A stretch of DNA of 64,000 nt from Acidobacteriota bacterium. GTDB lineage: Bacteria > Acidobacteriota > CAIWXX01. Shown here piece by piece: positions 1 to 9,252 of this stretch (position 1 is the stretch's first letter; each line of letters starts with the position of its first letter). Below the pieces are notes generated by a model. That model saw only the letters and a list, made by a program, of their open reading frames with translations. It searched no databases and was not told the DNA's origin. Where the stretch lies: contig JBFMAF010000018.1 in NCBI GenBank assembly GCA_040755995.1, positions 1 through 64,000 on the forward strand. The letters run 5' to 3'. The translations under genes and the position numbers were made by a program.

Positions 1-539
1 TTCTCGTGGTGGTGAATCGTCCATTCGGGCTGCTTCCGGACCCAGACCGCACCCAGGATCTCTCCATTCCGGAGGTCGACTGCCCCCGGCCCGGTTATGA
101 ACCTGTGCAGGGGCAATCGGCGCGAGCTCGCTCGCGACAGCACCTCCAGCTCCGCCCCCAGCACGTACAGCGCAGGCAGCGTGTCGCCCGCGGGCGACGC
201 CGTGACGATGTTGCCGCCGATCGTGCCCATGTGGCGGATCGGTGGAGAGCCCAGCACGGCCAAGGCGAGGGCAAGCACCGGTAAGTGCTCGCGGATCAGC
301 GCGTGCTCCAGCAACTGGCTGTGAGTCGTGGTTGAGCCTATTCGCAGCGAGTCTCCGCGATCCGCGACACCCCGCAGCTCGTCTATCCGTTCGATGCACA
401 CCAGGCAGCGCGGCCCGGATGCGGCCGCACGCAGCTTCACCAGCAGATCGGTGCCGCCGGCGTAAACGGCCGCTTCCGGCTCGGCATCGAGGATGCGCCA
501 GAGCTCGTCTATCGACCTGGGCAAGTAGACGTTTCTCAC
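1..539 (-). CDS. Xanthine dehydrogenase/CoxM-family FAD-binding subunit (runs off the left edge)
   Basis: Manual translation from the GTG at 539 gives MRNVYLPRSIDELW...AVYAGGTDLLV...IRHMGTIGGNIVTASPAGD, matching the FAD_binding_5 motifs. The start overlaps the stop of the 2Fe-2S gene (GTGA). Confidence 0.9.
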   Translation of the reverse strand, partial: MRNVYLPRSIDELWRILDAEPEAAVYAGGTDLLVKLRAAASGPRCLVCIERIDELRGVADRGDSLRIGSTTTHSQLLEHALIREHLPVLALALAVLGSPPIRHMGTIGGNIVTASPAGDTLPALYVLGAELEVLSRASSRRLPLHRFITGPGAVDLRNGEILGAVWVRKQPEWTIHHHE

Positions 540-1012
540 GGCCGCTCCTCGCCTCTTCCGCCGCGGGCCGCTGCTTCTACTGCATCCACGATCTTCTGGT
601 AGCCCGTGCAGCGGCAGAGATTGCCTGCCAGCCCCGTGCGGATCTCGGTGCGCGATGGGCTCGGGTTACGCTTCAGCAGATCGACGCTCGCCAGCACCAT
701 CCCCGGAGAACAGAACCCGCATTGAACGGCGCCATGCTCGACGAAGGCGGCCTGAACCGGGTGCAGCGTTTCGCCGTTCGCCAGCCCCTCGATCGTCGTG
801 ATCGAGCGCCCTTGCAGCTGAGCCGCAAGCATCAGGCAGGAAAGACGGCTCTCACCGTCAACCAGGATCGTGCAGGCGCCGCAGTCGCCCGCTCCGCACG
901 ACTCCTTCGTGCCCGTCAGGTGCAGGTCCTCCCTCAACAGGTTTACTACCCGGCGATCAGGTGCCGTGTCCATGGCCGTCTCTTCGCCGTTGAGCCTGAA
1001 CAAGACTTTCAC
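536..1012 (-). CDS. Xanthine dehydrogenase/CoxS-family 2Fe-2S subunit
   Basis: GTKESCGAGDCGAC, QCGFCSPG and GNLCRCTGY motifs. The GTG start overlaps the upstream stop. Confidence 0.93.
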   Translation of the reverse strand: MKVLFRLNGEETAMDTAPDRRVVNLLREDLHLTGTKESCGAGDCGACTILVDGESRLSCLMLAAQLQGRSITTIEGLANGETLHPVQAAFVEHGAVQCGFCSPGMVLASVDLLKRNPSPSRTEIRTGLAGNLCRCTGYQKIVDAVEAAARGGRGEERP

Positions 1013-3318
1013 CGGAGCGCCTCCCTGTTGCGTAGCGCTTCGAACACGCGTTCCGCAGTCCACGGCGCGCTCCACAGACGCACTCCACAGGCGCCGGCCA
1101 CGGCGTTCGCGACGGCCGGCAGCGCGCCGCTAGTGGCCACTTCGCCGACGCCCTTCAGACCATACGGTCCCGTATGTTCGTAGATCTCCACAGCGACGGA
1201 CTCGATCTCGGGCACGTCCGGGGCGGTCGGGATGATGTAGGTTGTGAGGTCGGGCGTCAGGACGCGGCCGCCGTCTAGGAGCAGCTCCTCGGAGAGTGCG
1301 AGCCCCAGGCCTTGCGCCACCGCACCTTGAATCTGCTGCTCGTATATCTGTGGATTCATGACCCTGCCGCAGTCGCTCACGGCCAGGTAGCCCTTGACAT
1401 CCACAGCTCCGGTCAGCTCATCCACTTCGACCAGCGCCGCGTGGGCTCCGTACGAGAACAGGTTGTGGCCGAACCCGTGGAGCCTGAGAGTCTCATCCGA
1501 GGTGATGCGATCGGTTGCGACCGGCGTCCGGAAGCGATGGGTGGCGGTCCGTTCGCTCTCGCCAAGCAGTTGCGCCAGCCTCGCAAGATTGATCTCCCGG
1601 CCCGTCGGAAGATGCCGGACCGCACCCGGTGTCACGGCCATCTCCTCCTTCGGACCGGCCATCAGGAAATCAGCTGCACGCAGCAGGATGCGGTCTCGAA
1701 GCGTCTCCGCGGCTCCGATGAGCGCGTTGCCGAAGGCGTAGGTGCAGCGGCTGGCGGAAGCGGAGCCGCACGGGAGCGTCCGGTCGGTGTCCGGCAAGAC
1801 CAGCTCGACATGTGCGGCATCCTGCCCCAGGATGCTCCCGGCGATCTGCGCGCTGGTGCTCGCCGTCCCCTGCCCCATGTCGACTACACCGCAGTAGACT
1901 CGTATCTTTCCGTCCAGGGTCAGCTCGACCTTCGCGTTCGCAACGTCGGGCACGACGGGACCGTAGCTTGACGCCTGCATGACCGCCGCCATTCCGGCGC
2001 CGCGGTGTTTGAACGGAGGGGCCGATTCTACGAATTCGCGTCGCGTCTTCCACAGCGGGTGCCGCGACAACACCTCCAGGCACTCTACGATACCAGTCGA
2101 CCGGACCAGGGTCGTTCCGACGAAGTTGCGATCGCCCCGCTGCACGGCGTTCTTGAGGCGCAGCTCGATCGGGTCCATCCTCAGGCGGCGCGCGAGCATG
2201 TCCGTCATCTGCTCCATCGCGGAGGTCACCTGCGTTACGCCGAACCCGCGGAACGCGCCGCCGATCGGATTGTTCGTGTATACGGCCCGCCCCTCGATGG
2301 CGACGTTTGGAATCCGATACGGGCCACCCATATGCTCGAGCGCCAGTGTCAGCACAACGCCGCCCAGATGGTCATATGGACCCGTATCCAGGGTGAGGCG
2401 CGCCTCGAGGAAATGAAGCCTGCCGTCGCTCTTCGCGCCGAGCCGGTAGTACATGCGAGCCGCGTGGCGCTTCGTCCCGGCAACGAACGACTCCTCACGG
2501 CCCCACCACATCTTGACGGGTCGGCCGGCGGAGTGGAGCGCCGCGAGACCGAGGAGCGTCTGAACCGTGATGCCGTCCTTGCCGCCGAAGGCCCCGCCGG
2601 GATACGGAGCGACGATGCGCACGTTGCCCGGATCCAGCCCCAGCGCCTCGGCCGCCTCGGCGCGATCGCGAAACGGCGTCTGCGTCGAGCAGACGATGGT
2701 GAGCCTGCCGTCGGTGCCGACCTGTGCCCATCCGGCCTCCGTCTCGAGATATGCATGTTCCTGGCGCGGTGTCTCGAACCGCGCTTCGATGAGCACGTCG
2801 CACTCGGAGGCCGCTGCGAGCCCGGAGCCTGTGAGGAGCTCGCCCCTCAGCAGCGTATTGCCCCCGGGATTGCCCTCGTGCACCAGCGGGCTGCCCTCGA
2901 CAAGAGCATCGTCCATGTCGAGCACCGCCGGAAGGATCTCAAGATCGACCGCGATGGCATCGAGCGCCTCTCGAAGCGCCTGCTTGTTCTCGGCCAACAC
3001 CAGCGCGACGGGATCCCCGCAGTGGCGCACTTTGTCGTCGGCGAGCACCGGCTGGTCTTTGCGGACAACACCCTGCCGGTTTGTCCCCTGCACGGCATCG
3101 CGTGTGAGCACAGCCACCACACCCGGAGCCTGTCGCGCCCGATCGACGTCGACCTTGCGCAAGCGCGCATGCGGCACGCCAGCGCGCTTCGCGCCCGCCC
3201 ACAGGAAGTCGCCGTCGTAGTAGTCGGCGGCGAACTTCTCCCTGCCGGTGACCTTGTCAAGCGCATCGAAGCGGGGCACGGATGTGCCGACGCTGAGGGC
3301 GCGGTCGCGCAGGTTCAT
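1009..3318 (-). CDS. Xanthine dehydrogenase-family molybdopterin-binding subunit
   Basis: DKVTG, QEHAYLE, GGAFGGK, AFRGFG, DMGQG, QIQGAVAQG and GLKGVGE motifs. Start placed at the ATG of MNLRDRA. Confidence 0.93.
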   Translation of the reverse strand: MNLRDRALSVGTSVPRFDALDKVTGREKFAADYYDGDFLWAGAKRAGVPHARLRKVDVDRARQAPGVVAVLTRDAVQGTNRQGVVRKDQPVLADDKVRHCGDPVALVLAENKQALREALDAIAVDLEILPAVLDMDDALVEGSPLVHEGNPGGNTLLRGELLTGSGLAAASECDVLIEARFETPRQEHAYLETEAGWAQVGTDGRLTIVCSTQTPFRDRAEAAEALGLDPGNVRIVAPYPGGAFGGKDGITVQTLLGLAALHSAGRPVKMWWGREESFVAGTKRHAARMYYRLGAKSDGRLHFLEARLTLDTGPYDHLGGVVLTLALEHMGGPYRIPNVAIEGRAVYTNNPIGGAFRGFGVTQVTSAMEQMTDMLARRLRMDPIELRLKNAVQRGDRNFVGTTLVRSTGIVECLEVLSRHPLWKTRREFVESAPPFKHRGAGMAAVMQASSYGPVVPDVANAKVELTLDGKIRVYCGVVDMGQGTASTSAQIAGSILGQDAAHVELVLPDTDRTLPCGSASASRCTYAFGNALIGAAETLRDRILLRAADFLMAGPKEEMAVTPGAVRHLPTGREINLARLAQLLGESERTATHRFRTPVATDRITSDETLRLHGFGHNLFSYGAHAALVEVDELTGAVDVKGYLAVSDCGRVMNPQIYEQQIQGAVAQGLGLALSEELLLDGGRVLTPDLTTYIIPTAPDVPEIESVAVEIYEHTGPYGLKGVGEVATSGALPAVANAVAGACGVRLWSAPWTAERVFEALRNREALR

Positions 3319-3458
3319 GGCGCCAATCATCTCGATCCGCGGGTGACAAGTCAAACGGAACGGGATGAAATCCGACGGGTGCCCGGGCTGCCCGTCGGAG
3401 GATTGGGATGCTCCTGGCAGATACGCTATAATGGAATGAGCTGCGACGTGACCTGATC

Positions 3459-4034
3459 ATGAGCACTGCGATTGCTGCAGAGAGACTCCTTACGGGCGAA
3501 GACCTGTTCGCCCTCGGTGACATCGGCCCATGCGAGCTGATAGACGGGAGGATCGTGCACTTGAGCCCGACAGGTGAGGAACACGCCAACATCGAGTTCA
3601 TCCTGGGTCCGGCGCTGGCCGCGTATGTGCGGGAGCGCAACCTGGGCCGGGTCGTCGGAGGTGAGGTCGGCATTTACACCCGTCGGGGTCCCGACCGGGT
3701 CCGTGGGGCGGACATCGCGTTCATCTCGAAGCGGCGGGCGTCAGCGCGACCCGAGAAGGGCTTCCTGCAGGTTGCACCTGACCTCGTGGTCGAGATCGTG
3801 TCCCCCACGGATCGCTGGCAGGATGTCAGGCAGAAGGTGGAAGAGTACTTCGCCATCGGGGTGGACAGGGTCTGGGTGGTCGAGCCAGAGAACCGGGCAG
3901 TTGTGGTATTCCGATCGGCGGTGGAGATGCAGCGGTTGGGCCTTGCCGACACGCTCCGCGGAGAAGGCGATCTCGCTGGATTCGCAATCCCCGTTGCTGA
4001 CCTGTTTCAGGCAGAGACGGCAGAAGGCGCCTGA
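3459..4034 (+). CDS. Uma2/DUF820-family endonuclease-like protein
   Basis: ELIDGRIV, RGADIAFIS, APDLVVEIVSPTD and KVEEYFAIGV..VWVVEP motifs. Confidence 0.9.
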   Translation: MSTAIAAERLLTGEDLFALGDIGPCELIDGRIVHLSPTGEEHANIEFILGPALAAYVRERNLGRVVGGEVGIYTRRGPDRVRGADIAFISKRRASARPEKGFLQVAPDLVVEIVSPTDRWQDVRQKVEEYFAIGVDRVWVVEPENRAVVVFRSAVEMQRLGLADTLRGEGDLAGFAIPVADLFQAETAEGA

Positions 4035-4067
4035 AAGCCGGCGCAGACGGGCTTTCGCCCGTGGGTC

Positions 4068-5042
4068 TCAGCGCGCGCCGCCGAGAACCGTCTTCCTCAG
4101 ATCGTCGATCAGGGACGAATCGATCACGTAGATATCGCCGTTCCCGTTGCCGGGGCTGCCGCTCATCTTCTGGAGGGCGTCGTAGGTTACTGGACGGCTT
4201 GCCGGCACGCTCCGGTGGCTCGTGAAAAACAGCAGCTTCCCATCCGAGGACAGCGCCGGGCAGTATTCGAAATCCGGCGAGTTCACAGCTTCGCCCATGT
4301 TGACTGGCTTCGTCCAGTTTCCTGCGGCGTCTCGGAAGGCAATCCACAGATCTCCTCCGCCGACACCGTCGCCCCAGCCGGTGGAGGTGTACATCAAGAA
4401 CGACTCATCAGGCGCCACGAAGGCGTTGAACTCCTCGGCCTTCGTGTTGACGTTCGGGCCGAGGTTCTCCCTGGGCTGGTACGTTCCACCTACGTTGCGA
4501 CACCTCCAGAGATCCTCTGCCTCACCTTCCGACTTGGCGCAGAAGTAGACTGTCCCGTCCCTGGTGACGGACGGATAGTACTCCTCGCCCTGCATGTTCA
4601 AGGGGGGGCCGGGATTCTTCGGCTCGCCCCATCCGTCCTTCGTGCGCTCCATGTACCAGATGTCGTAGTTGCCCGAGCCCTGGCTTCCCGATGTCGGGCG
4701 GTTGGAAATGAAATAGAGCCGCGCACCGTCCGGTGACAGGCACGGTTCGATGTCGCTCCACGTGCCCGAGAAGGACACGACCTCCGGTTTGGACCACACC
4801 CCGGCCGTCAGGCGCGTGACGCAGATGGTGCCCTCCCGGCCGCTCAAGATGGTGAAGTACATCTCCCCACGCTCGACATCGTAAGCGGCATCACGCTCGT
4901 ACAGCCCTGTGCAGACCACACCCGGAGCGAGCAGTTGTGCTTTCTGCCGAGGGGGCACTGATTCCTCTGCCCACGCGGCGGCAGAGGCGATGGCGGCGGA
5001 CAGGAGAAAGATAGCATGAGAAGCAGGGCGCCTCACGTTCAT
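4068..5042 (-). CDS. Secreted PD40 (WD40-like/TolB-type) beta-propeller protein
   Basis: Signal peptide, then repeated SPDG..LYFISNR and NxGxxVNxxxxExxP units. Confidence 0.8.
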   Translation of the reverse strand: MNVRRPASHAIFLLSAAIASAAAWAEESVPPRQKAQLLAPGVVCTGLYERDAAYDVERGEMYFTILSGREGTICVTRLTAGVWSKPEVVSFSGTWSDIEPCLSPDGARLYFISNRPTSGSQGSGNYDIWYMERTKDGWGEPKNPGPPLNMQGEEYYPSVTRDGTVYFCAKSEGEAEDLWRCRNVGGTYQPRENLGPNVNTKAEEFNAFVAPDESFLMYTSTGWGDGVGGGDLWIAFRDAAGNWTKPVNMGEAVNSPDFEYCPALSSDGKLLFFTSHRSVPASRPVTYDALQKMSGSPGNGNGDIYVIDSSLIDDLRKTVLGGAR

Positions 5043-5102
5043 TTGGATGGACCTCCTACGGTAGCTGGTGTAGTCGCCCGCAAGCGAAACGGCCCGTTCG
5101 CA

Positions 5103-5882
5103 TCACCACTCGGTCATCGTGCGCGACATGAACCGCGCCTCGTCTCCCTGGATGCGCACGAGCGTCTGGATGCCGATGTCAAGGTGCGTGCGGGTGTATT
5201 TCGCAAAAACCTCGCGGGCGCTCTCCTTCGTCTTGATCCCTTCACGGCGGAGCGGCAGATCGGACACCAGCATCAACGCGCCTATCCGGACGCCGCGCGC
5301 GTAAGCCACGGCAAAGAGCGTGGCGATCTCCATGTCGATGGCCATCACGCGTTGCTGGAGCAGCTCCTGTACGAAGGCCTGGTTGAACTCCCACATACGG
5401 TAGTCCGTCGTCTTCATGATTCCGGACTTGTATTCCAACCCCCGCCCGAGCATCTCTTCGCTGATGTACCTGTTCACGCGGAAGGAAGGGAGGGCAGGGA
5501 CGGAGAGGTGGAGGTAGTGCTTCGAGGTCCCCTCGTCGCGGATCGAGGCGGTCGGGATGATGTAGTCGCCGACCTCCACACCGTCGTCGATTCCGCCGCA
5601 CATCCCGAGCATGAGCACCACGGTCGGATCGATGTACGACAGGATATCCATCGCCATGCCGGCCACCGGCGAGCCAATTCCGAACTCGATGATCGAGATG
5701 TTCTTCTCGGTCCAGTGCGCCGCCTTCCAGTTGAAATCCTTGACCTCCGTCTGCGCCATCCCCGCGAATTCCTCGACGTAGCGGCTGAAGTTGGTGAGGA
5801 GGATGTACTTGCCGAAGTCGTCGACACAGCAGCCCGTGTACCGCTCCAACGCATCGCGCGAGATCTTGTCCGGCCTTTGCAT
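5103..5882 (-). CDS. amn: AMP nucleosidase (PNP/UDP phosphorylase fold)
   Basis: LERYTG, YILLTNF, FGIGSP, IRDEGTS, AIDMEIATLF and LMLVSDLPL motifs. Start placed at MQRPDK. Confidence 0.85.
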   Translation of the reverse strand: MQRPDKISRDALERYTGCCVDDFGKYILLTNFSRYVEEFAGMAQTEVKDFNWKAAHWTEKNISIIEFGIGSPVAGMAMDILSYIDPTVVLMLGMCGGIDDGVEVGDYIIPTASIRDEGTSKHYLHLSVPALPSFRVNRYISEEMLGRGLEYKSGIMKTTDYRMWEFNQAFVQELLQQRVMAIDMEIATLFAVAYARGVRIGALMLVSDLPLRREGIKTKESAREVFAKYTRTHLDIGIQTLVRIQGDEARFMSRTMTEW

Positions 5883-6052
5883 GATTGTGTCATCATACCA
5901 CAAGCCGTGTGGAATCCAGGCATGGCATGGGGTATGATCTGGCTCCGACGATGGCGGAGAGAAACAGGGCGCCTTGCCCAAGGGCGGGCGAGGTGGAGGA
6001 TGAGGGCGGCCAGCCTGCCGGTTCACCTGGGACCGCGGGGAGGCGCTGAGCC

Positions 6053-6991
6053 GTGCCCCTGGAGGCGCTCCCGAGCCCGAGGAGCTTCTCGAAAAGGCTG
6101 ACCGGCCACGTCTATGGCATCATTGCCACGCTGTTCCTCTTCTCTACTCTCCTGGCGTTCAATCTCGTCCAGACCCTCAGTCTCATCCTGCTCCCGTTCT
6201 CCAGGCAGGTCTTCCGCCGATTCAACCGATTCAGTGCCGGCACATGGTGGGGCTGGTGCGTGCAGCTGTCGGAGCTCTTCTACGGCGTTAGGCTTGTCGT
6301 GAGCGGGACCCATATTCCCAAGGCCGAGAATACTATACTTGTAGTAAATCATCAGCAGATGCCGGATATCACCGCCATAATGGCCCTGGCCTGGACGAAG
6401 GACAGGCTCGGCGACCTCAAGTGGTTCGTCAAGGACCCGATCAAGTACGTCCCGGGGGTCGGGTGGGGAATGCTATTCCTCGATTGCCTCTTCGTGAAAC
6501 GCGACTGGACCGCGGACCGCAGCGGTGTGGAACGAACCTTCCGCAAATTCACCTCGGCCCGCATACCTCTCTGGCTGATCATCTTCGCAGAAGGCACGCG
6601 GGTGACGGCGGAGAAGGTCGCGCTTGCACGGAGCTACGCCATGGAGCACGGGCTGACGCCCACAGATCACGTGCTAGTCCCGCGGACGAAGGGGTTCGTT
6701 GCGGCCGTCCAGAACCTGAGGAACCACGTCACGGCGGTCTACGATCTGACGATCGGCTACGAGACCGGTGTGCCGACGATCTGGCAATACGTCAAGGGAT
6801 ACGCACGCCTGACTCACATGCACGTCCGGCGATACCCGATCGACGAGCTGCCGCACGATGAAGAGGAGCTCTCGAGCTGGCTGCTCGATCGATTCGTCGA
6901 GAAGGACAGGCGGCTCGCCGAGTTCTACCAGAGCGGGTGTTTCGAGGGGGAAACGCCCGGGCATCCTTGTTTGCGGACGCTGGTGCCATAG
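6053..6991 (+). CDS. Lysophospholipid acyltransferase (LCLAT1/AGPAT/YihG-like)
   Basis: NHQxxxD, FVKRDW, IFAEGTR, PRTKGF and VYDLTIGY motifs, plus an N-terminal hydrophobic segment. Confidence 0.88.
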   Translation: MPLEALPSPRSFSKRLTGHVYGIIATLFLFSTLLAFNLVQTLSLILLPFSRQVFRRFNRFSAGTWWGWCVQLSELFYGVRLVVSGTHIPKAENTILVVNHQQMPDITAIMALAWTKDRLGDLKWFVKDPIKYVPGVGWGMLFLDCLFVKRDWTADRSGVERTFRKFTSARIPLWLIIFAEGTRVTAEKVALARSYAMEHGLTPTDHVLVPRTKGFVAAVQNLRNHVTAVYDLTIGYETGVPTIWQYVKGYARLTHMHVRRYPIDELPHDEEELSSWLLDRFVEKDRRLAEFYQSGCFEGETPGHPCLRTLVP

Positions 6992-7027
6992 GCGATTCCT
7001 CGCATTGGCCGCTCCGGCGTGTGACGC

Positions 7028-8686
7028 TCAGCGACAGCCGTGGTCGGCCAACTCCGCCGTCGGCCTGAACCCAGGCATCCGGCGCGCGCGCGTCGCCTGC
7101 TCGAACGCATAGGCCAGTCGTATCAGCGCGGGCTCGCTCCACGCCTTCCCGAAGAAGGAGACGCCGACCGGGAGCCCGTGCACGAATCCCGCGGGGACGG
7201 TGATGCTGGGATATCCGGCTACGGCTGCGGGCGAGGAGCTCCCGCCCGTGTAAGCGTCGCCGTTGACCAGGTCGGTCAGATGCGCCGGCCCGTTGGTGAT
7301 TGCTACGAGCGCATCGAGGCGGTGCTTCGCGATTGCGGCGTCGATCCCCTCGCGCATCAGGCGCTGGCTCTTGCCGAGAGCCTCGATGTAAGCCGGTTCG
7401 GCGAGCGGGCCCTTCTCCGCCGCCTGCTCGAAGATCTCCTGGCCGAAAAACGGCATCTCGCGACCGGCGTGTTCACGGTCGAACGCGATGAGGCCGGCCA
7501 GCGTCGTCGCGGCCGCGCCGGGGCGGGTCGCAAGATACCTCTCAAGATCGGCCTTGAACTCGTAGAGCAGCACCTCGAACTCGGCGTCGTCGGTCGCCTT
7601 TCCCAGATTCGCAATCTCCACGTTGTCCACGACAACAGCCCCAGCCCGCTTCATGGCCTCGACGGCCGAGTCTAGAATCGGCGTCACCTTGCCGCTCAGG
7701 TGGAATGCATCCGAGCGCACTACGCCCACGCGTGCTCCGCGGAGCCCGTCCTTGTCGAGAAACCGCGCGTAATCGAGTTGCGCGTGCGATGACGCGGCGG
7801 AGGTTGCCGGATCGGCCGGATCTGCGCCCGCCATGGCTCCGAGCAGCAGCGCCGCGTCTGCAACGCACCGCGTCATAGGCCCGGCCGTGTCCTGCGAATG
7901 CGCGATGGGGATCACACCCGCCCTGCTCACGCGCCCCACCGTGGGCTTGAGCCCGACGATCCCGCAGACAGAAGCGGGCGACACGATCGATCCATCTGTT
8001 TCCGTCCCGACGGCGACGGCGGCCAGGTTGGAGGCGACGGCAACGGCGGAGCCAGAGCTCGACCCGGACGGATTGCGGTCAAGCGCATAGGGGCACCGGG
8101 TCTGGCCGCCCCGGCCGCTCCACCCGCTCGACGACTTCGTCGATCTGAAATTCGCCCACTCGCTCAGGTTGGTCTTTCCGATGATGACCGCACCCGCTGC
8201 GCGAAGCCGCGAGACCAGGAAGGCGTCGCGAGCGGGGCGGGAGTCCGCGAGCGCCAGCGAGCCTGCAGTCGTGAGCATCCGGTCGGCCGTGTCTATGTTG
8301 TCCTTGAGGAGGATGGGTATGCCGTGGAGCGGCCCTCTGGGCCCCCTCCCGCGTCGCTCGCGGTCCATCTCTTCGGCAGTGCTCAGCGCTTCAGGGTTAG
8401 TCTCGATTATCGAATTGAGGCACGGTCCGTCCCGGTCCAGGCGCTGGATCCGTTCCAGATACAGCTCGACCAGCCTGCGGGAGGTGACCGATTCATCGTC
8501 CATCGCCCGCTGCAGGTCGGCGATTGACAACTCCTCCAGATGGAAGTCGGCCGGTTGAGCGGAAACGGTCTCGGGGATTGGGCAGTAGAGAGAGATCCAG
8601 GCCGCTACGGCTATGCTCGGCAGAGGCACGGGGTGCCGTCGGGCGTGCTTCTGGGATACACCTGAGACGCCGGCAAACCTGCTCAT
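7028..8686 (-). CDS. Amidase-signature family amidase, probably exported
   Basis: LHGIPILLKDN, GKTNLSEWANFRS, GSSSGS and GTETDGSI motifs. Confidence 0.92.
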   Translation of the reverse strand: MSRFAGVSGVSQKHARRHPVPLPSIAVAAWISLYCPIPETVSAQPADFHLEELSIADLQRAMDDESVTSRRLVELYLERIQRLDRDGPCLNSIIETNPEALSTAEEMDRERRGRGPRGPLHGIPILLKDNIDTADRMLTTAGSLALADSRPARDAFLVSRLRAAGAVIIGKTNLSEWANFRSTKSSSGWSGRGGQTRCPYALDRNPSGSSSGSAVAVASNLAAVAVGTETDGSIVSPASVCGIVGLKPTVGRVSRAGVIPIAHSQDTAGPMTRCVADAALLLGAMAGADPADPATSAASSHAQLDYARFLDKDGLRGARVGVVRSDAFHLSGKVTPILDSAVEAMKRAGAVVVDNVEIANLGKATDDAEFEVLLYEFKADLERYLATRPGAAATTLAGLIAFDREHAGREMPFFGQEIFEQAAEKGPLAEPAYIEALGKSQRLMREGIDAAIAKHRLDALVAITNGPAHLTDLVNGDAYTGGSSSPAAVAGYPSITVPAGFVHGLPVGVSFFGKAWSEPALIRLAYAFEQATRARRMPGFRPTAELADHGCR

Positions 8687-8783
8687 GATGAAATCCTCCT
8701 ACAGAAACGGCGGGCCTACCATTTCGGCACGACACTGGACGCTGCGGCGTGGCGGAGCGGGGACAAGTTCGAAGCGCGCGGGT

Positions 8784-9086
8784 TCAGGGTTCGCCCTTGC
8801 GAATGCCCTCGACCTTCGCGTCGCGCTCGGCCATGAAGCGATCGCGGTCATGCCGGAACTGCTCTTCGAGCTTCGCCCGGGCCTCGGGGTCGATCGTGCG
8901 CGCCATGTCTGAGAGGTGCAGCACCTCGCGTTCGGCCACCTTCGCCCGGTAGTAGTTCCTGACCTCGGCGATCGCCGTCTTCTGCTCATCGCTGAGCGGC
9001 CGGGGTTCGATCCCCTCCTCGGCATCCTTCTGCCGCAGGCGTTCCATCGCGATCTCGATCGCGCTCTTCGGACCTGATTCAGCCAT
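8784..9086 (-). CDS. Small helical hypothetical protein
   Basis: KSAIEIAMERL...LSDEQKTAIAEVR, with charged helical, coding-like composition. Confidence 0.7.
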   Translation of the reverse strand: MAESGPKSAIEIAMERLRQKDAEEGIEPRPLSDEQKTAIAEVRNYYRAKVAEREVLHLSDMARTIDPEARAKLEEQFRHDRDRFMAERDAKVEGIRKGEP

Positions 9087-9252
9087 AGCCAACATAGTAG
9101 CTGATTCTGAGGCAGGCCGCAAAGACTCGCAGTCCAGGATCGACGAGGAGGCGGGTACCTCCTGGGCGGCGCGCCGGGTTTGAGCCGGGAAGCCGCTACT
9201 GATAACTTGAACTTATGGTGAGGCATCTGCGAGAATACCCGAGCAGGCGAGT

